Of a DNA stretch of 64,000 nucleotides, positions 1-9,390 are shown in pieces (the first letter of the stretch is position 1; each line of letters begins with the position of its first letter). The DNA is from an uncultured virus (IMG/VR IMGVR_UViG_3300015360_000031) (Duplodnaviria; Heunggongvirae; Uroviricota; Caudoviricetes), in the IMG/VR virus record IMGVR_UViG_3300015360_000031, one strand, 5' to 3'. The notes beneath the pieces were generated by a model that was given only the letters and a program-made list of their open reading frames with translations, searched no databases and had not been told where the DNA came from. The translations under genes and the position numbers were made by a program.

Positions 1-240
1 GACGTCGCGATCCTCTGACCACGACAACCACGTGAGCCGATCGTCGGGCAGCATCTCGGGCTGAGCTAGCAGCACGCCGCGGTAGAGCGGCACGGGCTCG
101 AACGGATGGCGCCGCGCCAGCTCTCCGGCGACACGCGCGATCCCCTTGGGGTCCATGCGCACGATCGAGTCGGCCTCTGGAGTGAGCCCGTAGATCGCAT
201 GCAGCACGAAATTGATGTAGAGGTCGACGTCGTTGGTCAT
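1..240 (-). CDS. Partial gene (runs off window), possible ADP-ribosyltransferase-fold protein
   Basis: Manual translation MTNDVDLYINFVLHAIYGLT...VPLYRGVLLAQPEMLPDDRLTWLSWSEDRDV. The LYRG...SWS pattern resembles the ART R/S motifs. ATG overlaps the upstream stop (ATGA). Confidence 0.45.
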   Translation of the reverse strand, partial: MTNDVDLYINFVLHAIYGLTPEADSIVRMDPKGIARVAGELARRHPFEPVPLYRGVLLAQPEMLPDDRLTWLSWSEDRDV

Positions 241-443
241 GTGGCGACCACGCAGGTGTATCCCGCGGATTCAAGGGCACGCACAATCTGAGCGATCGAT
301 CCGCGGATGATGTGCTCCTCGCCGTCGACGTCGTACGCCGCCGAGCGCGTGTCGGCAGAGATAGAGACCGCGATCGATTGGACGCGGAGATCGAATCCAA
401 CATCGATCGGCAGGACCGAGAGATCCACGATCTCGCGGCTCAC
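237..443 (-). CDS. Hypothetical protein (68 aa)
   Basis: GTG start overlaps the stop of 440..913 (GTGA); part of a chain of coupled ORFs. Confidence 0.55.
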   Translation of the reverse strand: MSREIVDLSVLPIDVGFDLRVQSIAVSISADTRSAAYDVDGEEHIIRGSIAQIVRALESAGYTCVVAT

Positions 444-913
444 GGGCGCATCTCCGAGGTGGTCACGCGGACCGCGCCGGACGAGCGACCGCTTGACGGC
501 CAAATGTTGCAGCCGCGCCCGTCGAGCAGGTACCCGTCGCGATCGATCCGGTACACGGCGCGATCCGAGTAGCCACCCTGCCGTGAGCAGCCCTTCCGAT
601 CGCGCGCGAGGTCGGCCTCGGCATCTTCGCGCGTCGCGTGCACATCGCCCCGATCGCGCACCGGCCCCCACGTGGTCCAGCGCTGCCACGGCGCCACATC
701 CGCGCGGCGATAGTACCGCGTGCGCGCGGCGCTACCGGTCGGCACGCTCTGATCGGTCACGCGCTGGTACTCGTCGCCGGGGCACGCCTCGTCGGCAGCG
801 TACCGATCGCATGCGTACGCGATCTCAACGATCTGCCCCTGATTCCGAGCCGGCACGTCCCAACGCAGGTAGCCCGGGACTTCGGCGAGCGGGCACTTGA
901 TGTAGTCGGTCAC
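440..913 (-). CDS. Hypothetical phage protein
   Basis: Protein-like composition; coupled to neighbours by 4-nt overlaps. Confidence 0.6.
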   Translation of the reverse strand: MTDYIKCPLAEVPGYLRWDVPARNQGQIVEIAYACDRYAADEACPGDEYQRVTDQSVPTGSAARTRYYRRADVAPWQRWTTWGPVRDRGDVHATREDAEADLARDRKGCSRQGGYSDRAVYRIDRDGYLLDGRGCNIWPSSGRSSGAVRVTTSEMRP

Positions 914-1146
914 GAGCGCACCGCCTCATTGACGACGGTCGTCAGCGGCATGTCGTCCCCGTCGCCGTTGGGATCCCAGTCGAGGCGGACGAGCCGCACG
1001 TCGAGGCCGGTAGCCTTGCGCGCCTCGAACTCAGCACGTGCGGTCGTCTCGTCGGTGCTCGCGCCGGTGCGCTCCCAGCGCGACCCCGGCATGGTGAGGT
1101 CGGCTGTCTTGCGGATCTCGACGTAGTGGCTAAGTGGGCAGGTCAT
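910..1146 (-). CDS. Hypothetical protein
   Basis: AAGGAA RBS before ATG; coupled stop/start. Confidence 0.6.
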   Translation of the reverse strand: MTCPLSHYVEIRKTADLTMPGSRWERTGASTDETTARAEFEARKATGLDVRLVRLDWDPNGDGDDMPLTTVVNEAVRS

Positions 1147-1249
1147 GGCTTGTTCCTTTGGGTGTGGGGCGATGCCACCGGCGTGATTGCCGGCGTGGTG
1201 CGCTGCGAGGTCTCGATCCTCGGGACGGCTGGCCGTCAGCGCGAGCTAC

Positions 1250-1543
1250 TCACATGCCGTCGCAGTCGTGACCGCCGCACGAGCGGCCCGAGCCAATCGA
1301 CGAGCAGTTGCCGTCCGTCTTGCACGCGCGGCGGAATCCACCGCGAGCCGAGCCGCGGCCGCGGAACATGTTGGGGTCCCAGTTGCGGCTCGGCGTCGCG
1401 GCGGCGGGCCGCGAGGCGACCGGAGACGACGCGCAGGCCACGTGGCGAGCCGGGCTGCCCTTGCTCCACTCGACCTTGGATCCGACGGCGATACGGACCG
1501 AGCAGCAGGGGCAGATGCTGGAGAATTTGGCGGTGATGGTCAT
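1250..1543 (-). CDS. Small Cys-rich (zinc-binding-like) protein
   Basis: CPCC...HVAC and C-terminal CKTDGNC...CGGHDCDG; GGAG RBS. Confidence 0.6.
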   Translation of the reverse strand: MTITAKFSSICPCCSVRIAVGSKVEWSKGSPARHVACASSPVASRPAAATPSRNWDPNMFRGRGSARGGFRRACKTDGNCSSIGSGRSCGGHDCDGM

Positions 1544-1712
1544 CTGGTAGCTCCGTGGGTGCCGTCGAGTCCGTCTCGCCGGGCTGCGCGCAGCTCAGGC
1601 TCGGTCACCGTCGCGAGCCCACGCGATCCGAGGTTGGCCAGCAACGTTGTGGCGCGCTTGCCTGTGAGCCCGGACGCGAGCAGCAGCGCGAGATCCTCGG
1701 CGCGATCGGTGA

Positions 1713-2201
1713 TCACGACGCGCCCCCGATCTCCTTGGCGCGGCGCTCGTAGTCGACGCCGGTCCGGGTGTGCCCCGCGGCGATCTCATCGTCGCCGAGC
1801 TGACCCCGAGCGCGCAGGGCGAGCGCTTGCGCGTGCTCGCGGATTGCCCGGAGGCGGCACTCGTCCGCGGTCACCTCAGAGCCCTGGGCACGCTCACCGC
1901 ACGCGATCGTGAAGATCTCGCCGATCAGGATGTTCGTCGCCGTGCCGCTCGCGCCGCAGCGCGCACACTCGATCGCGGTGCCCTGTTGCAGCGTAAGGTG
2001 CCCGAGGCGCTGCAACGTGTCGTGCTTGAGACGCTGGGTGTACTGCACCAGCTCATTTGTGCGCCAGCTCAGGATCGAGCGGCACGTGCTCGCGTAGTCG
2101 ACGCGCAGGTCTGCAACGTCATGTGCCTGCAACTCGGCGGGGGTGTAGTGCGCTCGCGGCGTGTGGCGCTTGGTCGTGCGGGGCTTGATCGTGCGGGGCA
2201 T
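1713..2201 (-). CDS. Hypothetical protein with CxxC
   Basis: AAGGACACGCCCC-ATG leader, the same as before 4573; IECARCG motif. Confidence 0.6.
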   Translation of the reverse strand: MPRTIKPRTTKRHTPRAHYTPAELQAHDVADLRVDYASTCRSILSWRTNELVQYTQRLKHDTLQRLGHLTLQQGTAIECARCGASGTATNILIGEIFTIACGERAQGSEVTADECRLRAIREHAQALALRARGQLGDDEIAAGHTRTGVDYERRAKEIGGAS

Positions 2202-2239
2202 GGGGCGTGTCCTTCGTTCGGGTCGGGGTGGCGGCTGTA

Positions 2240-2308
2240 GTGAGCCCACGACGTAGCGGGGAGCCCGATCGATCGGGTGGGGATCGGTCGGTCCGTGGTG
2301 GGCTCACG
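2240..2308. terminator. Intergenic stem-loop (possible terminator or processing site)
   Basis: GTGAGCCCAC...GTGGGCTCAC inverted repeat with further internal pairing, between two minus-strand genes. Confidence 0.4.
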
Positions 2309-2344
2309 ACAACCGGCGAGCGGTGCGCCGCTCGCGTTGCGTGC

Positions 2345-4573
2345 TCAGCTCAGGGGGCGGGCGTAGAGCTCAAGCATGGCCGCCTGTTGATCCACGGTTG
2401 TGCAGGTCGGGGTCAGCGCGGCGGCGAGCGTGGCGATCGTCGCCTTGATGTCGGCCACCTTGTCGTCGCCGAGCGTAGCGGCGTAGCCATCCACCTTGGC
2501 GGCAGCGGCGGCGAGGTCGCCGAGCAGACGGGCACCAACCTCGGGCGAGATGCACGCCTTGCTCTCGGCGGACGCCACCGCGGCGGCGATCGTCATAGCG
2601 CAGGTCTCGTCAGTGACCGGGTGGCGCACCTTCGAGAGCCGCACTTCAGCCTCGATCGTTGCGGCCTTGCGAGCGCGCTCGCGAGCCACCTCGACGAGCG
2701 TGTTGTACTCCTTCATGACGAGAGCCACCTCATCGCCGAGCCCGCGGGTCAGGTTGCGGAACAGGTCAGCGCCCGTGGTGACGGGGATCCGATCGTGGTC
2801 CCCCCACAACGGCTCGATCGCTTCGAGAAGCACGCGAGCCGCGACCGCCTCACCCGGTGGGACGTACCAGTGTGGGCCACGCTTCACCGAGTAGTGCGCC
2901 TTGTGGAGCAGGGCGCCGAGCCACGCGGTCATCACGTCGGAGTGCAGCGTTTCGGCGCCGGTCGCCGCGATGTAGTGCGCCTCGCACGCGCCAGCCAGAC
3001 TCGCGTCACCCTCGAATGACAGCCGATCGTTGTCGCGGAGCGACACGATCAGGAGGGCCGTACCGTACGACGCACCCGCGGTCACCGCGGCGCCGGTCAG
3101 TTTGCGACCGACCAACCACTGTGCTCGGACCCCGGCAGGGAGCGAGCGAGCCGGGAGGCGCGCCGTGTCAAACTCGCGGTTGCGGAGCGAATCGACCGCA
3201 CGGCCGGCGTGCTTCTCGGCGCTCGGCGCCTTGGGCGCGTCCAGCTCGCGGCCGATCGCGGTGAGCGCATCGCGCACCGTGCGCAGCGTCGTCTGACCCC
3301 CGCCGACCCATGCAGCCTGAAGAAACGAGCCGTCACTGACGATACCGGCAATCAGCGACGACTCGGTGATCAGCTTGCGCATGGTGGTGCGGGCCTCCTC
3401 GCCGACCTTGCGCAGCGCGCGCCGTTGCGCCGGCGTCATGTCCGCGTAGGACGGCCCGACGGGCGCGTGCGTGATGCCGGGACCGACGGGGAGATCGTTG
3501 CCCGCACCGAGCTGGGGACCGGGGAGCGCGAGCGCCTCGATCATGGCGTCCGAATGGCTGTACTGACCCCGGAGCGTAGCCAGGTAGCTGGCATGGGTCG
3601 CGGCGGTGACTCCGCGGCGGATCGCCGTGATGTAGCCCTCGGCCGACGCGAACCCGACGACCCGCAGCTGACCCCCGGCGAGCGAGCCGATCGGCGCGGT
3701 GCTCGCGTTGTGCGCGGCTTCCGTCGCGATGCTGCCGAGCGCCGTGGCGAGCGTCTCGACGTTCTCACCGGCCGGGGGGCCGTCCTCGGTGACGGGCGTC
3801 CACTGGCCGGTCGGGGCCGTGTGCTGCGCAGGGGAGGCGAGCGGATCGACGGGCGCGGCGATCGGCGCGGCGATCGGCGCGGCGATCGGCGTGGCGATCG
3901 GCGCGTTGCGCGTGGTGCTGATGGCAAAAACGACGGCGCCGCGCTCCGTGACGTGCCGCGCCGCCAAGTAGCGCCGATCGGGGCGCCGGCGCGCGGTATC
4001 CTTGTTGCGGTACACGTCCACCGCGTCACCCACGCGCGCCCCCTCGGGCACATCGAGACGCACGCCCCACGGGGAGGCGCCCAAAGGCATGGCGGCCAGC
4101 ACCGCGGCGGGGAGCATGCACCAAGCACCGCCCAGCAGGGGGCGCGTGGCCGGGAGCTCAACCGTGGGGGGCACGAGCGCGAGCACGGGCACCGCCGCGA
4201 CGGGCGCGGGGGCCTCGGGGGCCGCCTCGGGGGCCGCCTTGCACGCGGCGATCACCGCGTTGATCTCGGCGAGCACGCCGGCCATGGTCGCGCGGACCGC
4301 GACCTTACCGGGGCCGTCCACCTGGATCCCCGCGGGCTGGATGGCCGCCTTCAAGGCCACGAACGCGGCGTCAGCCGTGGCAACGGTGACGCCGACGACG
4401 ATCGCGCGAATCGCGGCGATCACGGCGAGCGCCCACGCCGGGAGCCCGGGCTCCGGGAGGTCGAGTTCGAGCATGGCGACACGATCCACCTCGGGGGCAG
4501 CCTCGGGGGCGGGGGCGGCCTCGGGGGCGGGAGTGGCATCGAGCGCGGGGGTACCGGTGGCGGGAGTGGTCAT
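2345..4573 (-). CDS. Large Ala/Pro-rich early protein with helical C-terminal domain
   Basis: 742 aa ORF with RBS; APEAAP and PIAA low-complexity repeats. Confidence 0.7.
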   Translation of the reverse strand: MTTPATGTPALDATPAPEAAPAPEAAPEVDRVAMLELDLPEPGLPAWALAVIAAIRAIVVGVTVATADAAFVALKAAIQPAGIQVDGPGKVAVRATMAGVLAEINAVIAACKAAPEAAPEAPAPVAAVPVLALVPPTVELPATRPLLGGAWCMLPAAVLAAMPLGASPWGVRLDVPEGARVGDAVDVYRNKDTARRRPDRRYLAARHVTERGAVVFAISTTRNAPIATPIAAPIAAPIAAPVDPLASPAQHTAPTGQWTPVTEDGPPAGENVETLATALGSIATEAAHNASTAPIGSLAGGQLRVVGFASAEGYITAIRRGVTAATHASYLATLRGQYSHSDAMIEALALPGPQLGAGNDLPVGPGITHAPVGPSYADMTPAQRRALRKVGEEARTTMRKLITESSLIAGIVSDGSFLQAAWVGGGQTTLRTVRDALTAIGRELDAPKAPSAEKHAGRAVDSLRNREFDTARLPARSLPAGVRAQWLVGRKLTGAAVTAGASYGTALLIVSLRDNDRLSFEGDASLAGACEAHYIAATGAETLHSDVMTAWLGALLHKAHYSVKRGPHWYVPPGEAVAARVLLEAIEPLWGDHDRIPVTTGADLFRNLTRGLGDEVALVMKEYNTLVEVARERARKAATIEAEVRLSKVRHPVTDETCAMTIAAAVASAESKACISPEVGARLLGDLAAAAAKVDGYAATLGDDKVADIKATIATLAAALTPTCTTVDQQAAMLELYARPLS
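3851..3905. repeat. 12-bp tandem repeat (GGCGCGGCGATC, about 4 copies) encoding PIAA
   Basis: Seen directly in the sequence. Confidence 0.8.
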
Positions 4574-4639
4574 GGGGCGTGTCCTGGGCAGGGGGGCAAA
4601 AATGGGCGGACCGGCCGGGCCGCCGCATCGTCGAGTCGC

Positions 4640-4690
4640 ATTCTCACCATATCCAATCTATAGGCCAAAGGCAATATCCAGTGCAAGTAC
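4640..4690 (-). promoter_or_regulatory. Sigma70-like promoter(s) for the leftward early cluster
   Basis: Minus strand TTGCAC-N18-TATAGA and TTGCCT-N17-TATGGT in an AT-rich tract. Confidence 0.5.
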
Positions 4691-4952
4691 CTGTTTTTAC
4701 TAGGGGATACCCCGGGATCTGACTCGGATTGACTCGGATAGTGTGACGACCTGTTCACAGGGGGTGTTGTTTAACGGATACAGGGCTCCAGGTCAAGCGG
4801 ATCCGAGTCCCATCCGAATGGATGCCATAACTATCCGTAATCTAGCGGTAATTCGGTTATTTGCAGCGTTTGACGAGATCCGCTACATACAGATCCGGGC
4901 GTCGGAGCCCGCGCAACTTTTACTGAAATACCAGCCGAGAGGGCTTGACAGC

Positions 4953-5255
4953 ATGGCCACCGATTATGTGGGTTTCCGACTAGCAGCCGACATGCGCGCG
5001 CAGATCGAGCAGATCTGCTTGACGCACGGGATCACGCTCTCCGAATGGATCCGATCCGCCTGCGTCGCCGCGCTCGGCAACACGGCGATGGGGCTCGGCG
5101 GCGTCGAAGAGGGCTACGCGCAAGCGCGCGGTCTCGCGACGCAGCTCGCGCACTCGCTGATCAACCACGCGCGCGATCTGCTACCGTCGACGTACGAGGA
5201 GTTCCTCGCGCGCTACGGGATCGCGGGACCGGGCCGCGATCCGAACGCGGGCTGA
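4953..5255 (+). CDS. Ribbon-helix-helix (CopG-like) DNA-binding protein
   Basis: YVGFRLAADMRAQIEQICLTHGITLSEWIRSAC fits the RHH pattern. Confidence 0.6.
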   Translation: MATDYVGFRLAADMRAQIEQICLTHGITLSEWIRSACVAALGNTAMGLGGVEEGYAQARGLATQLAHSLINHARDLLPSTYEEFLARYGIAGPGRDPNAG

Positions 5256-5297
5256 TCCGCGCGCGCGGGCTGGGGTGCTTCGAGCTCGCTTCGAGCT

Positions 5298-5320
5298 CTG
5301 TCAGTCCCGCGAGCTAGAGT
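5298..5320 (+). promoter_or_regulatory. Viral promoter motif copy
   Basis: CTGTCAGTCCCGCGAGC-TAGAGT, 6 nt before ATG 5327. Confidence 0.7.
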
Positions 5321-5326
5321 GCCTCG

Positions 5327-5554
5327 ATGCTCTCGATGATCGCTGTCGTCCCTGGGATCAACCCTGCCGTTCCGCCGTGCCCGATCAAGTGGGTCGGCCG
5401 CCGCGGGCTCTCCGTCAGTGCGGTCACGTACTGCGGCAACACCGTCAGCGTCGGTGACGGCGTCTCGCAGGTGCCCTCGCACACACGCGTGTGCACGAAG
5501 TGCGAGGCCGCGATCAGCGCGCAGTATCCGGCGGCAACGACGACCGCAGGCTAG
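5327..5554 (+). CDS. Small Cys-containing protein
   Basis: Start directly after motif; TYCG...VCTKCE. Confidence 0.55.
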   Translation: MLSMIAVVPGINPAVPPCPIKWVGRRGLSVSAVTYCGNTVSVGDGVSQVPSHTRVCTKCEAAISAQYPAATTTAG

Positions 5555-5603
5555 CCCCCGGCTCGGGGCTTCCGAGGCCGCGAGCAGGGCAAGCGCTTCG
5601 AGC

Positions 5604-5711
5604 TCAGGGCGTCGAAGGGGCGTCAACCGGTGCTGGCGGGGTCGGCTTGCGCACGACCACGTTGTCACCGCACGCCGCGAACAGAACGACGAGCGCGAGG
5701 ATGCAGCGCAT
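5604..5711 (-). CDS. Tiny lipoprotein (35 aa)
   Basis: MRCILALVVLFAACGD lipobox followed by a Pro-rich tail. Confidence 0.5.
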   Translation of the reverse strand: MRCILALVVLFAACGDNVVVRKPTPPAPVDAPSTP

Positions 5712-6157
5712 CACGCGCCGATCTGACCCGGGATCTCGATATCGAGATAGCCCGACTGCGCGACGGCCGAGTTCGCGACCACCGAGACGCCGCACGTCTG
5801 CTGATCGGCGGGACCACGTGCAACGTTCACCGTGAAGTTCTGCGTCGCGCCTGTGCGTGGCGTGAAGCGGATGATCGCGGTTGGCACGGTACCGATGAGC
5901 GACAGTGCGTTCTCGCTGAGCCACAGCGCGCGAGCGATCGCGTCGCTGCTGATCCCGCCGGCGGCGATCTTGCCCCAGCCGGTCGCCTTCGCGTTGGCGA
6001 GCTGCTTGATCAGCCCGCCGGGGGCGTCGGTGAGCATGTCGGGCGTCGCACCGCCTGTGCTGGGGATGTCGACCTGCTCACCGCTGCCGACGGTGGCGAC
6101 GATGAGGTAGCGGAGGCGATTCGCCTTCGCATAGACGATGGTCGCGGTGATCGCCAT
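5711..6157 (-). CDS. Beta-rich putative virion protein, paralog A
   Basis: MAITAT..NRLRYL..TPD...TPRTGATQN...YLDIEIPGQIG shared with 6161..6589. Confidence 0.7.
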   Translation of the reverse strand: MAITATIVYAKANRLRYLIVATVGSGEQVDIPSTGGATPDMLTDAPGGLIKQLANAKATGWGKIAAGGISSDAIARALWLSENALSLIGTVPTAIIRFTPRTGATQNFTVNVARGPADQQTCGVSVVANSAVAQSGYLDIEIPGQIGA

Positions 6158-6160
6158 GAC

Positions 6161-6589
6161 TTAGAATCCAATCTGACCCGGGATCTCGACATCGAGATAC
6201 CAGGAACCAACGGTGTTGCCGGTGACGGTGAGGCCGAATGAGCCGTCCCCGAGGGGAGCGTCGACCACCGCGTTCTGCGTCGCGCCCGTGCGCGGCGTGA
6301 GCCTGCAAAGCGCGGTCGGCACAGCCGCACCGATCGCGGCTGCGGCGAGATCCGAGAACAGCAGCGCACGCGCGTTGGCTGTCGATGGGACACCAGCAGC
6401 GAGCTTGCCGTAGCCCGCTGCGGTGACCTTCGAGATTCGCTTGACCGGCCCTGCGAGGGAATCCGTCTGGAGATCCGGCGTTGCCGCGCCAGAAGACGTG
6501 ATGCTCACCGACTCGGTGCCAGCAGTGGCCACGACGAGGTAGCGCAGGCGGTTGCTGCCGGCGAAGACGAGGGTTGCGGTAATAGCCAT
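6161..6589 (-). CDS. Beta-rich putative virion protein, paralog B
   Basis: Tandem paralog of 5711..6157; AAGGAG RBS. Confidence 0.7.
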   Translation of the reverse strand: MAITATLVFAGSNRLRYLVVATAGTESVSITSSGAATPDLQTDSLAGPVKRISKVTAAGYGKLAAGVPSTANARALLFSDLAAAAIGAAVPTALCRLTPRTGATQNAVVDAPLGDGSFGLTVTGNTVGSWYLDVEIPGQIGF

Positions 6590-6722
6590 GTGATCGAGCT
6601 CCTTGACCACGACCCTACACGCACAATTCCAATTAGATCAAACAGACTTGCACGCGCCGATGCACATGATCATTGACGATCCGCAACCACGTGAAAGCCG
6701 GTTAGCGTTCGAGCTCGACTGA

Positions 6723-6917
6723 TCACCAATCGTAGAGCTGCCTGGCCTCTTCGGTCGCGCACTCGATGTGCTTGCGTGCGGCTTCGAGCTCGCCGAGCAA
6801 CATCGGCGTCACGCTCACGGCGCGCAGCCGTGTGATCACGACGGTGAGCTGCCGTGTAATCTCTTCGAGATCGTAGGCGAGCTGCTCGTCGTCGATGTCC
6901 TTGTCCGGGTCCGGCAT
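6723..6917 (-). CDS. Small acidic helical protein
   Basis: Start 8 nt after motif copy 6926..6948. Confidence 0.6.
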   Translation of the reverse strand: MPDPDKDIDDEQLAYDLEEITRQLTVVITRLRAVSVTPMLLGELEAARKHIECATEEARQLYDW

Positions 6918-6925
6918 ACTTGCTG

Positions 6926-6948
6926 AAACTACCGTGTGGGGCTGACAG
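6926..6948 (-). promoter_or_regulatory. Viral promoter motif copy
   Basis: CTGTCAGCCCCACACGG-TAGTTT. Confidence 0.75.
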
Positions 6949-6955
6949 TCAACGC

Positions 6956-7846
6956 ATGGGCGCAGTCGAGGTCAACACGGGGTATGCAGCGCGGCTCGGG
7001 TGGACTCCTGGCGACTTCGGCCAGCAGTGGTTCGACACGCAGCTCGTCCAAGCGATCGCGACAACGCAGACGCAGCTCGGGCTGCCTGTCATTGATGGAA
7101 TCTGCGGCCCCAAAACGTACGGCGCCGTGCTCAAGCAGCAGTACGCGACCTTGCTCGCGCCCGGGTCAAGCACGACGCTTGTCGAGCTCGGGCAGGCCGT
7201 CGTGTGCTCGGCGAAGATCGTGTGGTTGACCAACATCATTGACGGCAAAGCACCCAACGCTGAGAGCCGTGTCGCCATCACCGAGATGATCAACTCGGTG
7301 CGCGGCCTTGGCTGGGCGTGGGAGGCGTCGTACACCGGTGACGGCGACTTCGAGTGGTGCGGTGCGTTCGCGGCGTACGTCTGGGCGCGGTCGGGTATCC
7401 GCCTCGCGATCCGCAAGACCTACTTCGCGTCAACGTATCGCCTCGATCGGTGGGCACGCTACATGCGCGTCGACACCTCGATCCCGAACCCCAGGCCGAG
7501 CGTGACACAGGCCGATCCACGCATGATCATCAACCTCGACGAGACCGCGCGGCCGAACGACGCGAAGATGCCCGACGGCAGCTTGCCGCGCGCGGGCGAC
7601 ATCGTGATGGTCGGTGGTGTCAACACCGGTCCCGGCAAGCACATCACGATCGTAGAGAGCTTCGATCCCAAGAGCGGCGTGTTCACGACGATCGAAGGCA
7701 ACGGCTTCGGGCTCTTGCCGAGCGGCTCGCCTGCGCAGGGCGTCATCCGTGCCACGCGACGGGTCGGGCTCAGCGCGGGCGCGAAGCCGTCGACCTACTT
7801 CGTGCGCCGGATCATCCGGCCTTCGCTACACGACGTGATCGACTAG
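6956..7846 (+). CDS. Endolysin: PG-binding domain plus CHAP-like amidase
   Basis: QTQLGLPVIDGICGPKT (PG_binding_1); EWCGAFAAYV, GDIV, KHITIV, TIEGN (CHAP/NlpC-P60 motifs). Confidence 0.8.
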   Translation: MGAVEVNTGYAARLGWTPGDFGQQWFDTQLVQAIATTQTQLGLPVIDGICGPKTYGAVLKQQYATLLAPGSSTTLVELGQAVVCSAKIVWLTNIIDGKAPNAESRVAITEMINSVRGLGWAWEASYTGDGDFEWCGAFAAYVWARSGIRLAIRKTYFASTYRLDRWARYMRVDTSIPNPRPSVTQADPRMIINLDETARPNDAKMPDGSLPRAGDIVMVGGVNTGPGKHITIVESFDPKSGVFTTIEGNGFGLLPSGSPAQGVIRATRRVGLSAGAKPSTYFVRRIIRPSLHDVID

Positions 7847-8625
7847 AACAGCGTCGGGAAAAACGGGCGCCCGAGTCGCAGCATGTTGTGCACGAGCCGA
7901 TCGAGATCGAAGCCGTTCGGTGCCGCGCGTGCTTTGGTCACCCACGTGCGATCGATGACGACGAAGCCTTCATCGACGTGCGTGCTGCACCAGAAGTCAT
8001 CGAACACGATACGCCGCCGCCAGCTCACCGAGTGCCAACGATCGCGCTCGTAGCCGGTGAGGATCCACGCATGACCGCCGAGTGACCGCACGATGTCGCG
8101 TGCATCGCGCTTCGCGGGGACAAACCACGTGTCGCCCTGCTCGGCGATGCGCTTGGGCAGATCAGCGCCGATGTAGACCGAGCCGAACGCGTGCACTGCG
8201 GCGCGGAGCTCGACCTGATCGTGGACGTTGACGCGCATCCAGATGAGGTCACGCCCGTAGGCGCCGAGCCCGCCGTCACGGCACTCCTTGAGCGCGTCGC
8301 GGTTCTGCCCACCTTGATCGGTGTGCGGCTCGCCCGCCCGGTAGCCGGTCGCACGCGAGTAGTGGTCGACCACCTGCTCGACTGTGATCGTGCACTTCTC
8401 ACCGATGAGCGCACACCGCTGCTGAAACATGTTCGCGAGCCCGACCGACGTGCAGTTTTGCAGCCGATCATTGCCGAACATGTTGTATTCGATCGAGCCC
8501 GTCCAGTCATCGAACGGTGGCGGCGCATCGTAGAACTGCGGCAACGCGAACTGCCCAAGCCAGAACGCACCGCGCTCGTGCGGTGACCGCCCGCTGCGTC
8601 CGAGCTTGCCGATTGTGGACGTCAC
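7843..8625 (-). CDS. Papain-like cysteine peptidase
   Basis: MFGNDRLQNCTSVG (catalytic Cys), GGHAWILTGY (His), then VSW. Confidence 0.65.
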   Translation of the reverse strand: MTSTIGKLGRSGRSPHERGAFWLGQFALPQFYDAPPPFDDWTGSIEYNMFGNDRLQNCTSVGLANMFQQRCALIGEKCTITVEQVVDHYSRATGYRAGEPHTDQGGQNRDALKECRDGGLGAYGRDLIWMRVNVHDQVELRAAVHAFGSVYIGADLPKRIAEQGDTWFVPAKRDARDIVRSLGGHAWILTGYERDRWHSVSWRRRIVFDDFWCSTHVDEGFVVIDRTWVTKARAAPNGFDLDRLVHNMLRLGRPFFPTLF

Positions 8626-9047
8626 AGGCGAACGCGCCGCCCATCGATGACCGTCTCGAAGGTCGCCCCGCCGGCTTCCTTCTCGCGGAACGTCTTGAGC
8701 GTGTTGTACGGCCGCCAACTAGCCTCGGCGCTCGACGCGATCGGCCCGCCACGCTGACCGAGCACCCACTGCACGAGCTCGGCGATGATGCAGCCACCAA
8801 TCTTCACGCCGATCTCTTTACCTTTGGTGACGACGTAGCTCTTGCTACGTGCGTAGACGTCATCCCAACTCATGGTGCCGGCGAGGAGCCTCGCCTTCTG
8901 CTCGGCGACGTCGGCGGTGATCGTCGCGCGCGCGTCGGCCGTCGAGCAGTCGATGATCGAGGCGACCCGCGCGGGTGCGTCCGGTGGCATCTTCGGCGGA
9001 CACGCGCTGAGGAACGAGAGCAGCAGAACGAGAACGATGTAGCGCAT
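8622..9047 (-). CDS. Lipoprotein (possible lysis accessory)
   Basis: MRYIVLVLLLSFLSAC lipobox; adjacent to the holin-like gene. Confidence 0.65.
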   Translation of the reverse strand: MRYIVLVLLLSFLSACPPKMPPDAPARVASIIDCSTADARATITADVAEQKARLLAGTMSWDDVYARSKSYVVTKGKEIGVKIGGCIIAELVQWVLGQRGGPIASSAEASWRPYNTLKTFREKEAGGATFETVIDGRRVRL

Positions 9048-9328
9048 CACGTGGGCTCCTGCGGGGTGACGACGGTGTTCGTGGTGACGTTGGTGGCGCC
9101 CTGCACCGGTGCCGGCGGCTTGTGTGCGATCGCGGTCGCGATCACGGACGTGCCCCCCTGGACGGCCTTGCCACCCACATAGATCCCGAAGATCCATTGA
9201 GTGTAGGACTGCCAGTCCGAGACGGTCATGTGACCGAGTGCGGTGAGGATGGTTGCGGCGACGACGAGGACGCCGCCAGCGATCGCCTTTTCGCTGTGCA
9301 GCATTGCGGTGAGGGCTCCAAACATCAT
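9047..9328 (-). CDS. Holin-like two-TM membrane protein
   Basis: Two hydrophobic segments, IFGIYVGG motif; lies in the lysis cluster. Confidence 0.55.
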   Translation of the reverse strand: MMFGALTAMLHSEKAIAGGVLVVAATILTALGHMTVSDWQSYTQWIFGIYVGGKAVQGGTSVIATAIAHKPPAPVQGATNVTTNTVVTPQEPT

Positions 9329-9359
9329 GCGGACCACGCTACTACTGAAGCTGAGTTAG

Positions 9360-9382
9360 CTGTCAGCCCCTCGCGCTACCGT
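9360..9382 (+). promoter_or_regulatory. Viral promoter motif copy
   Basis: CTGTCAGCCCCTCGCGC-TACCGT, 8 nt before ATG 9391. Confidence 0.75.
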
Positions 9383-9390
9383 CGGGTAGC

